This document shows positions 49,373 through 62,290 of a stretch of 64,000 bases of DNA, piece by piece; positions within the stretch are counted from its first letter, which is position 1, and every line of letters begins with the position of its first letter. The position numbers and the translations under genes are program-made. The notes below the pieces were generated by a model. That model had not been told where the DNA came from. It made no database searches and was given only the letters and a program-made list of their open reading frames with translations. Location: assembly GCA_013239625.1 (NCBI GenBank), contig MU053493.1:1807793-1871792 (forward strand). Direction: 5' to 3'. Origin of the DNA: Lama guanicoe. Lineage: Eukaryota.

Positions 49373-51919
49373 GCGGTCAGGGCACATGCCTCGGAGTGTC
49401 CCTATCAGCGTGGTCATCACAGCGGAACTGTAGATGGCCCAGATGCCCACCAGCAGCAGACGGGTTTCACGTGCCGAGGTTTATCACGCATGGATCAGAG
49501 GGGGCATGGGGAGGGCCCAGGGCTTCTGGGCTGACGATGTCCCATCTCCTGATCTGGGTGTGGTTTGCAAGGGCGAGTTCCAGTTTACCATATGGAACTT
49601 CTCCGTACATATATTCGGTGTCAATAAAAAGTGAAAGAAAAAAAAAAAGGCAGTACATCATCTTGGGATTTTCAAGGCGCCCTTTCAATGTGACTGACTC
49701 ATGGCTTATTTTCCTGCTGAAACAACAGTGTCAGAATCAAGATGACGTTTTGTTTAATGTGAGATAATGACATTTTGCCTTTCCCACAAGTGCTTATTAA
49801 TATTTAGATATAAACTGTATTTTCTAAATGAAACAAGAGCGCATAAACCCAAGTCGGATGCTGAGATCTCTACGCATGTTAATTTGAATACAGGTGTGTT
49901 CTCTAGATGAGCTGAGTTTTCCTTCCCGCCCGTAGAAGGAGCCGGGCCCTTAAAGAGAACCAGACACAAATGGCCCGAGCACTTGAGGGTCACACACTAT
50001 GTGGTTTCACTGGAGTGGGAAACCAAAGAGCTTTAAGAAGAGGGCACAGAGGGGCATGGTGTATAGAAACAACTCCTTTGGATCAGCCTGGAAATTTGGG
50101 GGGAGGTCCTCGGTGCCACCTTGCCCATCACGCCAAGATCCTAGAGGTTCCTGCTGTCTACGTCCACGCTCTCCTGGGCTCACCTTCACCCTTTCTGTGT
50201 AGAAACACTTGTCTACCAGCTGTCCCCACAGTGACCACCTTGACTTCACCAACCACACCGTTTGCTCCAGGAAGTTCCACCGTGGCCGTGAATTCAAAGA
50301 CATCCACCTTCGTGGAGGCTGTTTCTTGGAGCAACCCGTGGGAGACTTTTGTAGCCTTGCTACTGCCGGTTTTCTTGGGGCGTCTGCGTACTGGGCGCTG
50401 TGTGTGGCTCACCTGTGTGAGCTCCCAGCCAGGTGCTGCAGTGCCCGTGGACTCTGGGCTGGGGTCCTGTACGTTGTCACAGCATCTGAGCTCGCCCCCA
50501 CGTGTTCCAGGCACTGCGCCCTCTGAAATAGACTAGACACGCAGCCCAGCCTGCTCCAGTGGTCTCTCCCACGGTCGTCCACTGAGACATGAGTGAGGCG
50601 ATGGGGGGGTGCACAGCCTCGGAGGTACTGTTTGTGCTTCTGGCTCCACTCAGTGGATTCAGCCCTCTCCTGGTGCTGGAGTAGCATGGCTGCTTCATCA
50701 CTGTGGCCCGAGGATCAGAACAGGGGTCCGAGGGCTGTGTCCATACAGGTGAGGCTGGGGTCTGGGGTGGGGGTGTATCGGCGCTGTCCTCACCTTCCAG
50801 GGCCCATCAGGATCCGGCCTGGTGCAGCCAGCCCTGCGGCTCTGGTCAGCCTCCCCCAGGGCCTCCCGGCCGGTTTTTGTGCTGTGGGGAGCATCTCTGC
50901 TTGTGGTGGGGGGGGTCTCAGTCTTTCACCGCAGTTGGGATTTCAGGAGTAGACATATCTATGTGGTGGTGGGGTTCAGAAGTCTCAAAACCCGGATTCT
51001 CTGAGCCCGGTGAACGCCCTCCAGCTGCCTCCCCTGCAGCCTTGGGTGTGACAGCTTTTTAAAAAATTAAAGCTTGGGGGAGAGTTGAATGACGCAGAGT
51101 GCAGCCCCTTCTCACCTCCCTGTCCTCCTGTCCACACGCGCATCTGTGTCCCCGGGACTAGACAGAGCTTCCTGTGTCCCCTGCTTTCCCGCAGGGCTGC
51201 TGAGCTCCGTACTGAGCGACAGGACCTCCCCGTGGCGCTGTCTGAAATGTGTCTCCCCCGCCCTCTCTGATGCGGCGTTATTTTCTCTCATGTACTTGTC
51301 ATCGTGTGGCATCCTGCTCTGAGTTTATCGGTTGTTCTTTCTGTCTCTGTCCCACTTTGCAGAGAGCTTCCTGAGGGCAAGAGTCCGGGTCCTGGGGCTG
51401 CTCCAATGTGGGGAGAGCCAGTGGGTGGAGGAGAGGGTGGGCCAAAGCCAGGAGCAGCTTTTGCCCTGGGTGATTCACTTCAGGGCTGGATTTCCACCAG
51501 AGGCACGCCCTGGGGACCTGGGACAGCTCAGGAATAAGGATTTATGAGTGTGCAAAGCATCTCACTGGGCTGCGTGCATGCAGGAAACTGTGGAGAAGAC
51601 TGGACCCTCAAGGAGCTTTTGATGTGTGTCTGTGTGTTGGAGGGGATGTCAGTCATCAGTGGAGATAAGAAGAAAGGGCCAAATGAGGTGCCTGCAGGGG
51701 CAATTCGGGCCTGAGCGAGGCCATCACTGCTGGTGGCAGCTGAGAGAAATCAGAGGGCATGACTCCACACTCCAGTGTGGGCCGTACCTGGGAACTGGCC
51801 TTGCAAAGAGCGCTGCGTGGAACGTGGAAACAGGAACTTGACTGGGGGCAAACCTGACAAGCCCTGCCCCGGCCAGCACATCCGATGAAACATCAGTTTT
51901 TCATCAGAATCTGAGAAGC

Positions 51920-52101
51920 TTTTTTTGTTGTTGTTGTGTTTTGGGGGTTTTTGTTTTTGTTTTTTGCTGTTGTTGTTTCCTTTGGTAGGAGGGAGGTAAT
52001 TAGGTTTACTTATTTATTTTTCATGAAAATACTGGGGATTAAACCCAGGACCTCGTGCGTGCTAAGCAGGCATTCTACCACTCGAGCTACACCCTCTCCC
52101 A
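51920..52101 (-). mobile_element. vic-1-type SINE within an L1MC-like 3'UTR (~51770-52385)
   Basis: TSD cagaa(t/c)ctgagaa. Confidence 0.85.
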
Positions 52102-52401
52102 CCAGAACCTGAGAATCTATCACAGCCAAGAGGAGCTTAGGGAGTCAGGATGGCTCACTGTGATGTGGTATCCCGGATGGGACCCTAGAACAGGTAAAGG
52201 ACACTGGGTAAAAAGCTAAGGAAACATCAGTAGAGCGTGGCCTTAGTTAACATTAACACATTAACTTCATAAACTGTAACAATCGTATGGCGTTAATGTA
52301 AGATAATTACAGGTGAGACCCGGGTATTGTATGGGAGCCCTGTGCTAACCACACAGTTTTTCTGTAGGTCTAAAACTGTTTTAAAAACTAAAATTTAAAG
52401 T

Positions 52402-52525
52402 GGGATAGGGTACAGCTCAGTGGTAGAGCGTGTGCTTAGCATGCACGAGGTCCTGGGTCCAATCCCCAGTACCTCCATTGGAAAAATAATAATTAAAAAA
52501 ATCTAATTACCTCCTCCCCCCCAAA
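52402..52525 (+). mobile_element. vic-1-type SINE with near-intact tRNA-Ala(AGC) head
   Basis: gggtacagctcagtggtagagcgtgtgcttagcatgcacgaggtcctgggtccaatccccagtacctcca followed by the ctaattacctcc tail. Confidence 0.9.
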
Positions 52526-52649
52526 ATCCTAAAGTCTATTGCGAAAGATTGAAGGGCAGTTTGAGATTCATCACTTGGGCGTTCCTGGTGGTGGGACCTG
52601 GGCCCTGAACCTTGTGATCCCCCCTCATCCAGCTTCAGACCCTTGACTT

Positions 52650-53256
52650 CTTTTTCTTTTTTTAAATTGAAGTGTAGTCAGTTTACACTGTTGTATCAAT
52701 TACTGGTGTACAGCATAATAATTTTAGTCATACATGTACATACATATATTCCTCTTCATATTCTTTTTCATCATAGGTTACTATAAGATATTGAATATAG
52801 TTCCCTGTGCTGTACAGTAGGACTTTGTTGTTTATCTATTTTATATATAGTAGTGTGTATCTGCAAATCTCAAACTCCCAATTTATCCTTCCCCACCCCC
52901 TTCCCCTGCCCCAGTAACCATAAGTTTGTTTACTATGTCTGTGAGTCAGTTTCTGTTTTGTATATAAGTTCATTAGTGTCTTTCTTTCTTTTCTTTTTCT
53001 TCTTTTTTTTTTAGATTCCACATATGAGTGATATCATATGGTGTATGTCTTTCTCTGTCTGTCTTACTTCACTTAGTATGATGATCTCCAGATCCATCCA
53101 TGTTGCTGCAAATGGCATTATTTCATTCTTTTTTATGGCTGAGTAGTATTCCATTGTATCAGTGTACCACAGCTTCTTTATCCACTCATCCGCTGATGGA
53201 CATTGAGGTTGCTTCCGTGTCTTGGCTATTGTAAATAGTGCTGCTGTGAACATTGG
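52650..53256 (-). mobile_element. Lineage-specific L1 3' end
   Basis: TSD cagacccttg(a/g)ctt at 52636 and 53257; the minus ORF MFTAALFTIAKT... is the L1 ORF2 C-terminus. Confidence 0.92.
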
Positions 53257-55806
53257 CAGACCCTTGGCTTTTGTCGTCCCTCCTCCTTTACTGTCTGCAC
53301 GGAAACAGGGGAAAAGTTCAGTTCAGGATTTAGAATAGGCTCTTAAATGGCCCCGGAGCTTGAAAGGAACCAGTTTCTCAGATGCAGTCCGTGCAGGTGC
53401 TGGGAGACATCCCCAGGTGAGATGAGCCCCCCTCCCCCACCCAGTAACCTTGCAGGCACACTGGTCATGTTTCCTCTGCTTCCTTCTTATGCGTTGAGGT
53501 CCTGAGATGCTGCCCTCTGCTGATCAGCCCCGGGTCACTTCTGTTAGTGACCAGCGGCCATTTTTGAGGGATGACATTGGTCACAGTAGGTATTGTGGAC
53601 CAAAGCTTCATGTGTGTGAGGTTGACAGTTCAGCCCAGAGGCAGGAGGGAGCCGAGGGTCTGTGTGGGTGGGGCTGGCACCAAGTAGATGCTTGGGAACA
53701 GCTGCCTGGCTGGGATACGGGAAAACAGGCCCAGCTGGCTTAGCCGAAACCCTGGTGTGGGGTAGTTCCATCTTCTTAAACTTCCAAAAATACTGGAGGA
53801 GACCCAGGATGCAGTGAAAGGAGTGAGCCCCACAGGGCAGAGAGAAGCCCAGTCAGGACCCTGCTGCCCTGTAAATGGGCATAGTCAGTAAGGATGGAGA
53901 GTTGGAAGGGCCTGCCTGGACCCAGCAGGCTCCCCAAATCCCCCCCGCCCCCCACCTCTTCCAGTTTCCTCCCAGTAGCCGTGATGATACCAGATTTGCA
54001 AGGTGACATGAGTCACAGATGAGATGATACCTGTACAAGGTCCCATGGGATCGGGCTCCTCGGAGGCCCTGGGTGTGTGTGGGAGGGGGGCTGGGGCCTC
54101 CTGGGAGGATGGGAGACCCTCACTGCTGGGACCCTGGGCCAGTCACGGCCCCTCACGTGTCCCGGAGCCAGGTAGAGGGGACGATTCCTGACAGTCTTAC
54201 AACTCATCTGGATTTCACAACAAAATCAGGTTGAATCCTATGAAAATGCTCTTTTTGTTAAGTCAGAAGTGATCAAATATCAGCAATTTTATGTGACTCA
54301 ACTCTGTAATTCAGCACTAAAGCAATTTTTGGCAAGAGAGAACACTTTAAACAACGTTAGTTATCACAAGCCTACAAGTTCATCCTATGAGAAAGTAGAG
54401 ATAAGCAAACAGGAGACAGAAACCCTCGCCGGTTCCTGCCAGGGGGCCCTTGTTTGCACGATTGCTCCCCGTGCGCTTCTGCATGCGCACGGCTGCCCCA
54501 CGCTCCTCCCCGGCTGTGCCTGGGGCGTTTTTCTTGCGCAGCAACCATAGGACTTCGTGCATCATTCATGGACCCAGGCCCCTGGCTTGGACATGGGCTT
54601 GTTTAGAATATTTCTCTGCTCTGAGTGATGCTATGATAAATACCCTTGTAGCTCCGTGTTTCTTTTTTGCAGATACCCGTGGTTCTTTGTGTACATTTCC
54701 AGATGTAGAATTGCTGGGCCAAGTGTGAAGGCTTCTGTCTGACCTTCAGAAAGGCTCCACTGCCCACTGACAGTGTGAGGGGGAGGGACTTCCTTCCTCC
54801 CCTCACTCGCGCTTTCCTGTTCCCTTCTTCCTCCCCTGGTCGCTCTCCCCACATCCGTCCTCCCTTCTCTCTTGCTCTCTTGTACTCTTGCATGAGCATC
54901 CCCTCCCTCTCCCTCTGCCCCTCCCCTCCCTGGTCCTCCTTGTCCCCTCCCCCTCCCTCTCCTTCATTTAAAAATGCACCACTGAGCAGTGGTCCAGCTG
55001 CCCTTCCGATGCCTAGGGTCCATTGTGCAGGGTTTGCTCGTGGTATTTTGAGAGGAAATCAGGAAGCTGCAGGGGAGCCTGGGGAGAGGTTCCGGGCTTC
55101 CCCGTGACACACGGCCAGTCTGGTCCAAGTGGGGCTGAGATGCGGTAACATTCTTCCAGAGGGACATTCCTTTCCTGATTGTACCCCACCCCAGGCTGGG
55201 GGGAGCGCGGGGTGGGGGCAGATTGATCACACCCTCTGCACCCGCGCCACCTCTGACAGAGTCTCGACAGCAGGGGGCTGGCTGCGGTGGTACTTGCTCA
55301 CTCCCGCTTTGAGCAGACACACGTGGCATCCCCACTGGCATCTGAGCCTGGGCTGAGTGCAGACGAAGCAAATGGGGCTGGGAGCCAGTTCCTGCCCTCA
55401 AAGGGCAGCAGGGACAGACCTAGTTCATGGCAACCCCTATCCAGGGCTATAACAAGTTAAAATAGGAAAGAGCTTGTATTTATCCTGAAGGCTACGTGGT
55501 CACAGGCCATCCAAAGAATGCGTCTCCATTCCTAGATGGGGTGGGAGCTTCTCAGACGGATGTGTTTCTCCCAGAGCTCTCCATAAGGATTGGAGTCCCC
55601 ACTGTGTTTCCTGTGGTAACTGCTGTGGTCACTGCTGTGGTCACAGTCAGTCCCACAAGAGCCTGGGAGGTCCTGCAAATGTCACCTCTCATGCAAGGAT
55701 GTGAATACATTTTTATCTGAGGTTGATAATATATCAAGAAGCAGAAATGTAAAAGCATTAGAGAGGTGGAAATAGCCACCAGCAGAGTTAAAATCAGAAA
55801 TAATCA

Positions 55807-56075
55807 CAAATTTATGGTTACCAGGGGAAAAAAAGAGTGGGAAGGGATAGATTGAGAGTTTGAGATTTGTAGATACTACTGTATATAAAATAGACAAACA
55901 AGTTTATAGTGTATAGCACAGGAAATTATATTCAATATCTTGTAGTCACCTATAATGAAAAACAATATAAAAAGGAATATATGTATGTATTTGTATGACT
56001 GAAACATGATGCTGTACACAAGAAATTGATGCAACATTGTAAACTGACTGTACTTCAACTAGAAAAGAAAAAAAA
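55807..56075 (+). mobile_element. Lineage-specific L1 3' end
   Basis: TSD agaaataatca at 55796 and 56076. Confidence 0.88.
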
Positions 56076-56091
56076 AGAAATAATCAAAAGG

Positions 56092-56232
56092 TTGTGAGGA
56101 GGGTAATAGTTCTGTGGTAGAGCTCGTGCTTAGCATGCACAAGGTCCTGGGTTCAATCCCCAGTGCCTCCATTATAAAATAATATAACAAACAATTAAAT
56201 AAACCTAATTACCCCCAAAATTCTTGAAAAGC
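56092..56232 (+). mobile_element. vic-1-type SINE
   Basis: TSD gaaataatcaaaagg at 56077 and 56233. Confidence 0.9.
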
Positions 56233-56719
56233 GAAATAATCAAAAGGCGTGGTGGTGATGTGGGGAAGTCTGGATCAGGAAATGTGGCTTTTCATTATCA
56301 GCCCTTCTAGTATTTGATTATTCAGTCTCAGTGAAAGAAGCATCTCATTTCTTTAGGGCTTTGCAACAGCTAATGACCGATCAGACCGTCCAGTCACCTG
56401 ATAAGGTGGGGTCAGAGGTGTCTGTCCTCAGGTGAACAGGGCAGTGGTGACAGCCACAGCACAAGGTGTCCAACAGCACCAGGCAGGACATGAGACATTC
56501 TCGGATGATTGGTGGGATGACAGTACCTGGTACAGTCATTCCTGCTCAAACCTGCACGGTGGACAGTAAATTAAAGTGCTGCCTGGGGACATGGGACTTG
56601 CCTCTTAACAGCATCCTTCACTGTCTGTTGTGAACGGCGTGGGGATTGGGACATTTCCATGGAGACGGCTGATGAAGGGACTTTCAATCCTGGGCACCTG
56701 CTTAAATCCTCTACAGGCA

Positions 56720-58135
56720 CCCACCCCCTGACCCCCGGCAATCACTGATCTTTTTGCTGTTTCCAAAGCTGTGGCTTTTCCAGAATGCCATATGATTGGA
56801 ATCCTACATTATGTAGCCTTTTCAGATTGGCTTCTTTCACTTAATTAATATGTGTGTAGGTTTCCTCCATGTCTTTGCATGTCTTGAGAGCTCATTTCAT
56901 TTTAGTGCTGTATAATATTCCATCGTCATGGTGGACCTCAGTTTGTTGATGCATTCACCCACTGAAGGATGTCTTGTTTGCTTTCAAGTTTAGCAGTTGT
57001 GAATAAAACTGCTGTAGACACCCATGTGTAGGTTTTTGTGTGGATAACTGCCAAACTGTCTTCACAGGCGGCTGCACCATTTTGCATTCCCACCAGCTGT
57101 GTTCCTGTGGCTCCACATCCTCGTCAGCCTTTGGTGATGTCACTGTTTTGGATTTGGACCATCTATTAGATGTGCAGAAGGATCTCACTGCTGTTGTAAT
57201 TTGTATTGCCCAAGGACATGTGATGTGAAGTACCTTTTCACATGCTTATTGCTATTTCCTTTGGTGAGGTGTCGTCACATTTTTAGCTCATTTTGGAATT
57301 GGGATTTTTTTTTCTTGTTACATTTTAAGTGTTCTTTGTATATTTTGTGTAGCAAGTCCTTTATCAGATGTGTCTTTCGCAAATATTTTCTACGGCTTGT
57401 CGTCTTATTCTCTTTTAAAAGTGTCTTTCGTTGAGCAGAAACCTTTCATTTTTTAAATATCATTTTTTAAAATTGCATTCTTTTTTATTAAGTATAGTCA
57501 GTTTACAGTGTTGTATCAATTTCTGGTGTACAGCAGCACAATGTTTCAGTCATACATGTACATACATATGTTTGTTTTCATGTTCTTTTTCTTTTTTGTT
57601 TATTTGGGGGGAGGTAAGCAGGTTTATTTACTTATTATTATTTTTTTATTTAACAGAGTTACTGGGGATTGAACCCATGACCTTGTACCTGATAAGCATG
57701 CACTGTACCGCTGAGCTATATCCTTCCTTCCCCTTCATATTCTTTTTCATTATAAACCTTTCATTGATGAAGTCCAGCTTAATTCTTAATTCTTTCTTTC
57801 ATAGATCGTGCCTTTGGTGTCGTAGCTAAGAAAGTCATTGCCAAACACACACGGTCATCTAGATTTTCGCCCATGTTGTCTTCTAGGAGTTTTATGGCTT
57901 TGTGTTTTGACATTCAGGTCTGTGATCCATTAATTTTCATGAACGATATGATGTCTGGGTCTGGATTTGTGCTTTGGTTTTTTTTGCATGTGGATATCCA
58001 TTGGTTTCATTTGTTGAAAGGACTATCTTTTCTCCATTGTATTGTCTCTGTTCCTTTGCCAAAGATCAGTTGATTAGTATTATGTGGGCCAGTTTCTGGA
58101 CTCTCTGTTCTAGTCCTTCGATCTGTCTGTTCTTT
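56720..58135 (-). mobile_element. Old L1M with a nested short young-L1 3' end (~57480-57752) and a vic-1 SINE (~57591-57733)
   Basis: Antisense L1 text; the SINE is flanked by tcat(g/a)ttcttttt. Confidence 0.85.
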
Positions 58136-59287
58136 TGAGGTACTTTGCATTCTATTGAATGGGCTTGATAGAAAATTATTTAAAAATTACAATATTTAGA
58201 GTTTCAAGGCTCCTAAGTGTTGATTTTGAGGGAATGTCCCAATTTTCACATATGTGATTCTTTTCCAGAAAGGAGGGTGACTAAATGAATAACGTGCATT
58301 TTCTGGTTTCTCAATAGGAAGTATTGATTCATTGTGTTAAAGAAAAAAGAACCATAAGAAGATGTGATTTTAATTTTGACTTCATATTAAGGCCTTCTGA
58401 AACAGAAAGTTCTCAGTGCCTGGCTTCTGCATCTTAGACTTGGGAGCTTTGGTGCACAGAGGGCTGATCTGGGGAGAAGTCCGGGAGCCGGATGGTTTGG
58501 GTTCTGCTGGCTGACTTCCCACCCTGTCCAGGGAGTCTGGATCCCAGAGGACAGCAGCAAGTAGGTTGTGTCAGGAAGGATGAACATAGCCACCTGCACT
58601 GGACCATTTTGCACCCCTGAATAAATAAGATAGCATGTTGCTGGCATGTGGTGCTCACATGGGACCATGTGGCAGTGGCTTGCCTGCCAGCCTGCTTGGC
58701 AGAGATAAGATGCTCAGACCTAGGGCCGCTATGCAGGGTCAGGGAGGAAGTTGAATTCAGTGCACATCCCCCATCTCATTGACGGTTTTGGGGCTCATGA
58801 GAGTCACTGGTTCTGAATGGAGCTGTGTGTGGATTCTTTCTCTTTTTTCAGTGTAATAGAGCTTTTCAAATCAAAATACATCTTGCTGAAGCCATTCAGA
58901 GATGTTTTCATATTAAGAAAAAAAAAGAAAAGTAGCTGCTGTGATGATCCCCTGGCCACCCCACGCCAGGGCTTTGTGGGCCGTCCACTCCGCTGTCCTG
59001 AGCCCACCTGGATATGGTTCTGCATCTCATCAGAAAGGGAGCCATAGGCTGTGCAGATCAGAGATTCACATTAGCTTTTATGATGGAATTAGATGGGATT
59101 AGATGCTTCCTTGATATTGCTGCTCCAAGTATAATAATTCGAGAATGCATATTTGCTGCCAGCTGCTGAAGGCGGACATCACTGGAGGAATTTAGATTAG
59201 TGGGAAGTTGGAATATATTGTTTTAAAAGACATTTCAAGAGCATCCTTGGAAATCCTCTATAGCTATGAAGTGATTTCCTCCGCCCC

Positions 59288-59425
59288 TTTTTTTTCTTTT
59301 GCTTTGTTTGGTGGGGGGAGGTAATTTGATTGATTGATTGATTTTAAATAGAGGCACTGGAAATTGAACCCAGGACCTTGTGCATGCTAAGCACATGCTC
59401 TACCACTGAGCTCTACCCACCACCC
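59288..59425 (-). mobile_element. vic-1-type SINE
   Basis: Antisense head gaacccaggaccttgtgcatgctaagcacatgctctaccactgagc. Confidence 0.88.
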
Positions 59426-60202
59426 AGTTCCCTCTTTTCAATCTTACTTATATAGCTGTATCTGTTTGAAGTTTTCATTGCATGCCTGTTCCCTCTAATA
59501 GTGTATCTGCCTAAGCTGTCTTGAATTCCATGAAATGGGCTTGATATTAAATTGTTTTAAGTATTTTAATTGCCATTTGGAAGACCTGGAGTGTTTCCGG
59601 CATTCATATTTGGGCCATGGGGATGCCACTTTGCATCCTTTTGTCACATGTTGGAGACAGGCTGTTTCAGGAAAGGGCTTGAGAGTATACAATGGATTAG
59701 GAAGCATGGATTATTCAAAGATTTATCCTTTATGCTTTGAAATCTGAAATGGAGGTGCTGTGGCCTCAGGGACTTGGCGATTTGGAGCCAGGGAGGGGTC
59801 TGGTGGGGCTCCCGTCTTCATTCAGAACCCACATCCCGCCTAGATAGCCCAGCATCGTGGAGGTGAAGATTCAAAACAAGCCTGAGTTCCGGCTGCTGGC
59901 GACCTGCTGGGGCAGGTGTGGGGTGAGGAGGCTGGATGGCTGATGGGTGGGGTGCTCCAGCCCCGGCCCCCTCTGGAGGCTGTTCCTTTTTACCCTGCAG
60001 ATCCCCTGGGGATTGGGGGGGCAGCTTCATTTCATCATTTCATCCAGGCACCTTCATAGAGTGATGGGATGCAGGGATGTCAGAGGACGAGCCCATGGCC
60101 CTAGTGTCTCCTTATGTTTATCCTTTATTCTCTGGGCCTTTTACTTGAAGATACCTTGAGTATCCTGTGTATGTATTTACTTTTAAGATCCATATTAATG
60201 GT

Positions 60203-60340
60203 GGGGGGAGGGGATAGCTCAGTAGTAGAGCGAGGGCTTAACAGGCCCTAGGTCCTGGGTTCAATCACCAGTACCTCCATTTAAAAATAAATAAGTAAAT
60301 AAACCTAATTATCCCCCCATAAACCTAATCATCCCTCCCT
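60203..60340 (+). mobile_element. vic-1-type SINE with duplicated tail motif
   Basis: gggatagctcagtagtagagcg...; ataaacctaat occurs twice; flanking atccata. Confidence 0.88.
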
Positions 60341-60960
60341 AAAATCCATAACAAGCATTTTCTAAGGGAAACGTTTCAAAGACACATGATGTCCATCCAT
60401 TTATCCGTTCATCCCTCATTCAGCGCATCCTTGTGGAACCCCTGCTGTGTTGCGAGCACCGTGGTGGGCAAGCCAAGGGCTTCTTTTGTGTTCCAGGTCT
60501 TAACACATCAGCCTCCTCTGGGGCAGGGACAGCTGAGTTTTGTCACGTACAAAGCGGATGCCTCTGCACCACAGTTTGCTGTGTTAGAAGCGAGGACTGA
60601 AGGCGAGACCTTCCAGACAGACGGAATGGGCAGAGCTAAGCCTGCCCAGTAGCCGAGTTTAAAGCACGCAGGTCTGCCCCTCCCAGGACAGTAGCCCTGC
60701 TGTTGATGTGGGACCCCGAGGTCTGCACCTCTGTCAGCAGTTGGATCTCCGCGGGGGCCCGAGGGGTGGGCAGGGCGGCAGGGTGATGTGCCCGGCGTGT
60801 GCGGGGCGCCAGGTGCGGTGATGGTGATGGACTGACAGCAGCATAGAGGACAGGCAGCCGCCACCGTGGGGGGCTTCCAGGCTTCAGACTTGCAGGAGTT
60901 ATCAGAATTTTAGAAAAAATTCTCCTAGTGAGAGCATCACAATCACTTAGCCTCTTTCAG

Positions 60961-61019
60961 TGTGTTTTGAGCCTTTCAAGCGGTACCGGCCAGTCCTCCT
61001 CCGTGGTGCTGAGGCTGAG
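60961..61019 (+). other. Candidate small non-coding exon
   Basis: Acceptor cacttagcctctttcag| at 60960 and consensus donor GAG|GTGAGT at 61019/61020, in a locally CpG-rich, non-repetitive patch. Confidence 0.4.
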
Positions 61020-61028
61020 GTGAGTGAG

Positions 61029-61040
61029 TGCGCATGCGCA
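61029..61040. promoter_or_regulatory. Perfect NRF1 palindrome TGCGCATGCGCA
   Basis: Exact NRF1 consensus with both CpGs retained. Confidence 0.55.
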
Positions 61041-61934
61041 CCAGCTCCGGCCAGGCTGCAGGATGCTGGGGTCCACGCAGACCTCTCCAGGATGTGGGGG
61101 GCTTATGCACCGGGGTCCTGCATCTGGATAATTATGCCTGCAGTGTGGTCTTCCTTCCAACGTGGGGAAGTCCTCGAAGAGAGACTGGAGAACAAATTTA
61201 TGTTGTTTTAAAAAATGTCTTAGGTTTCCATTGTGTCTAGCCTGAGAATTACTCACAGGTCCTATAACGGTGTGAGAGTGCTTCCCGAGGCTGAGAAACC
61301 CATTTCTTCTTGCACTTTCGGCCAGCGGTGCCCGGCGTGTCAGGGCTGAGGGAGGGTAGAAGCTGGCAGGTGAGGGCCTCATCCCTGCTGTTCTGTGGTT
61401 TCAGACCCCCGAATAAAAGCTGCTCATGTCCAAGCATGTGCTATATGAGAATTTAAATTTTATTAGACAACTTTGGGAAAGAAGCAGGCTTTAAAAGAAG
61501 AGACAAAAGCGCTGCTTGTGGCATTTTTCTCTTTGGAGGATTTGAAGTTGCAGGAGAAGATTTCAGCGAGGTTGGGGTTTGCGGCTATTTCGGAGAGTCC
61601 CCTTGTCCTTCCGAGGACCCCCCGGCCTGCTTTGATCTTCTTTCCAAAGTTTGGGAGGGTGGCCGTTTTCACAAGCTGCTTCAGTTCCCCAGGTGGGCGC
61701 TCTAGAAGGGTCCTGCTCCTTCTCCACCCCACCCTCTCAGCACCCCTCCACTTAGAAAGTCCCCACCTCCCCACAGAGAGGGCTTAGGAACCTGATCCTA
61801 CCCTGACCCAATGGCCCTTTGTGGGCACTTCTCCAGGTAAGAGCATCCTCCTGCGCCTGAGCTGGGGTCTGTCACGGGGTCCCCACCCCACCCAACCCTG
61901 CTGCTCCTCCTGCCTGCTGTCCCATCCACCCCAG

Positions 61935-62290
61935 GTGTGTGTGTGCTTGTGCATGTGCACACACACATCATGCACATCATGCATACACCACACACACCAT
62001 ATACATCATGCACACACACACCACACACATCATACACACACATCCTGCATACACCACACACACACACCACACACATCATATACATCATGCACACATACAC
62101 ACCACACACATCATACATACACATCATGCATACACCACACACACCATGTACATCATGCACACACTACACCCACATACACAATATGCAGATACCATGCACC
62201 ACACCACACGCTATACACACACAAATCATGTGTGCACACACACCACACACTCCACACCAAACATCACACGCTCCCACACACACACGTATG
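61935..62290. repeat. CA-rich degenerate minisatellite
   Basis: Recurrent catcatgcatacaccacacacac units. Confidence 0.9.

Noticed and set aside
49018..49767. 249-aa ORF
   Set aside because: Reads through an MLT1 LTR and an L1 remnant; chance ORF.
49970..50700. Cluster of protein-looking ORFs (possible pseudogene)
   Set aside because: No recognisable family in any frame; part faintly resembles degenerate L2.
52406..52477. Near-intact tRNA-Ala(AGC) gene
   Set aside because: The T-loop/B box is mutated (GTCCAA instead of GTTCGA), the acceptor stem 5' end is altered, and it is followed by the SINE tail. It is a SINE head, like the other copies.
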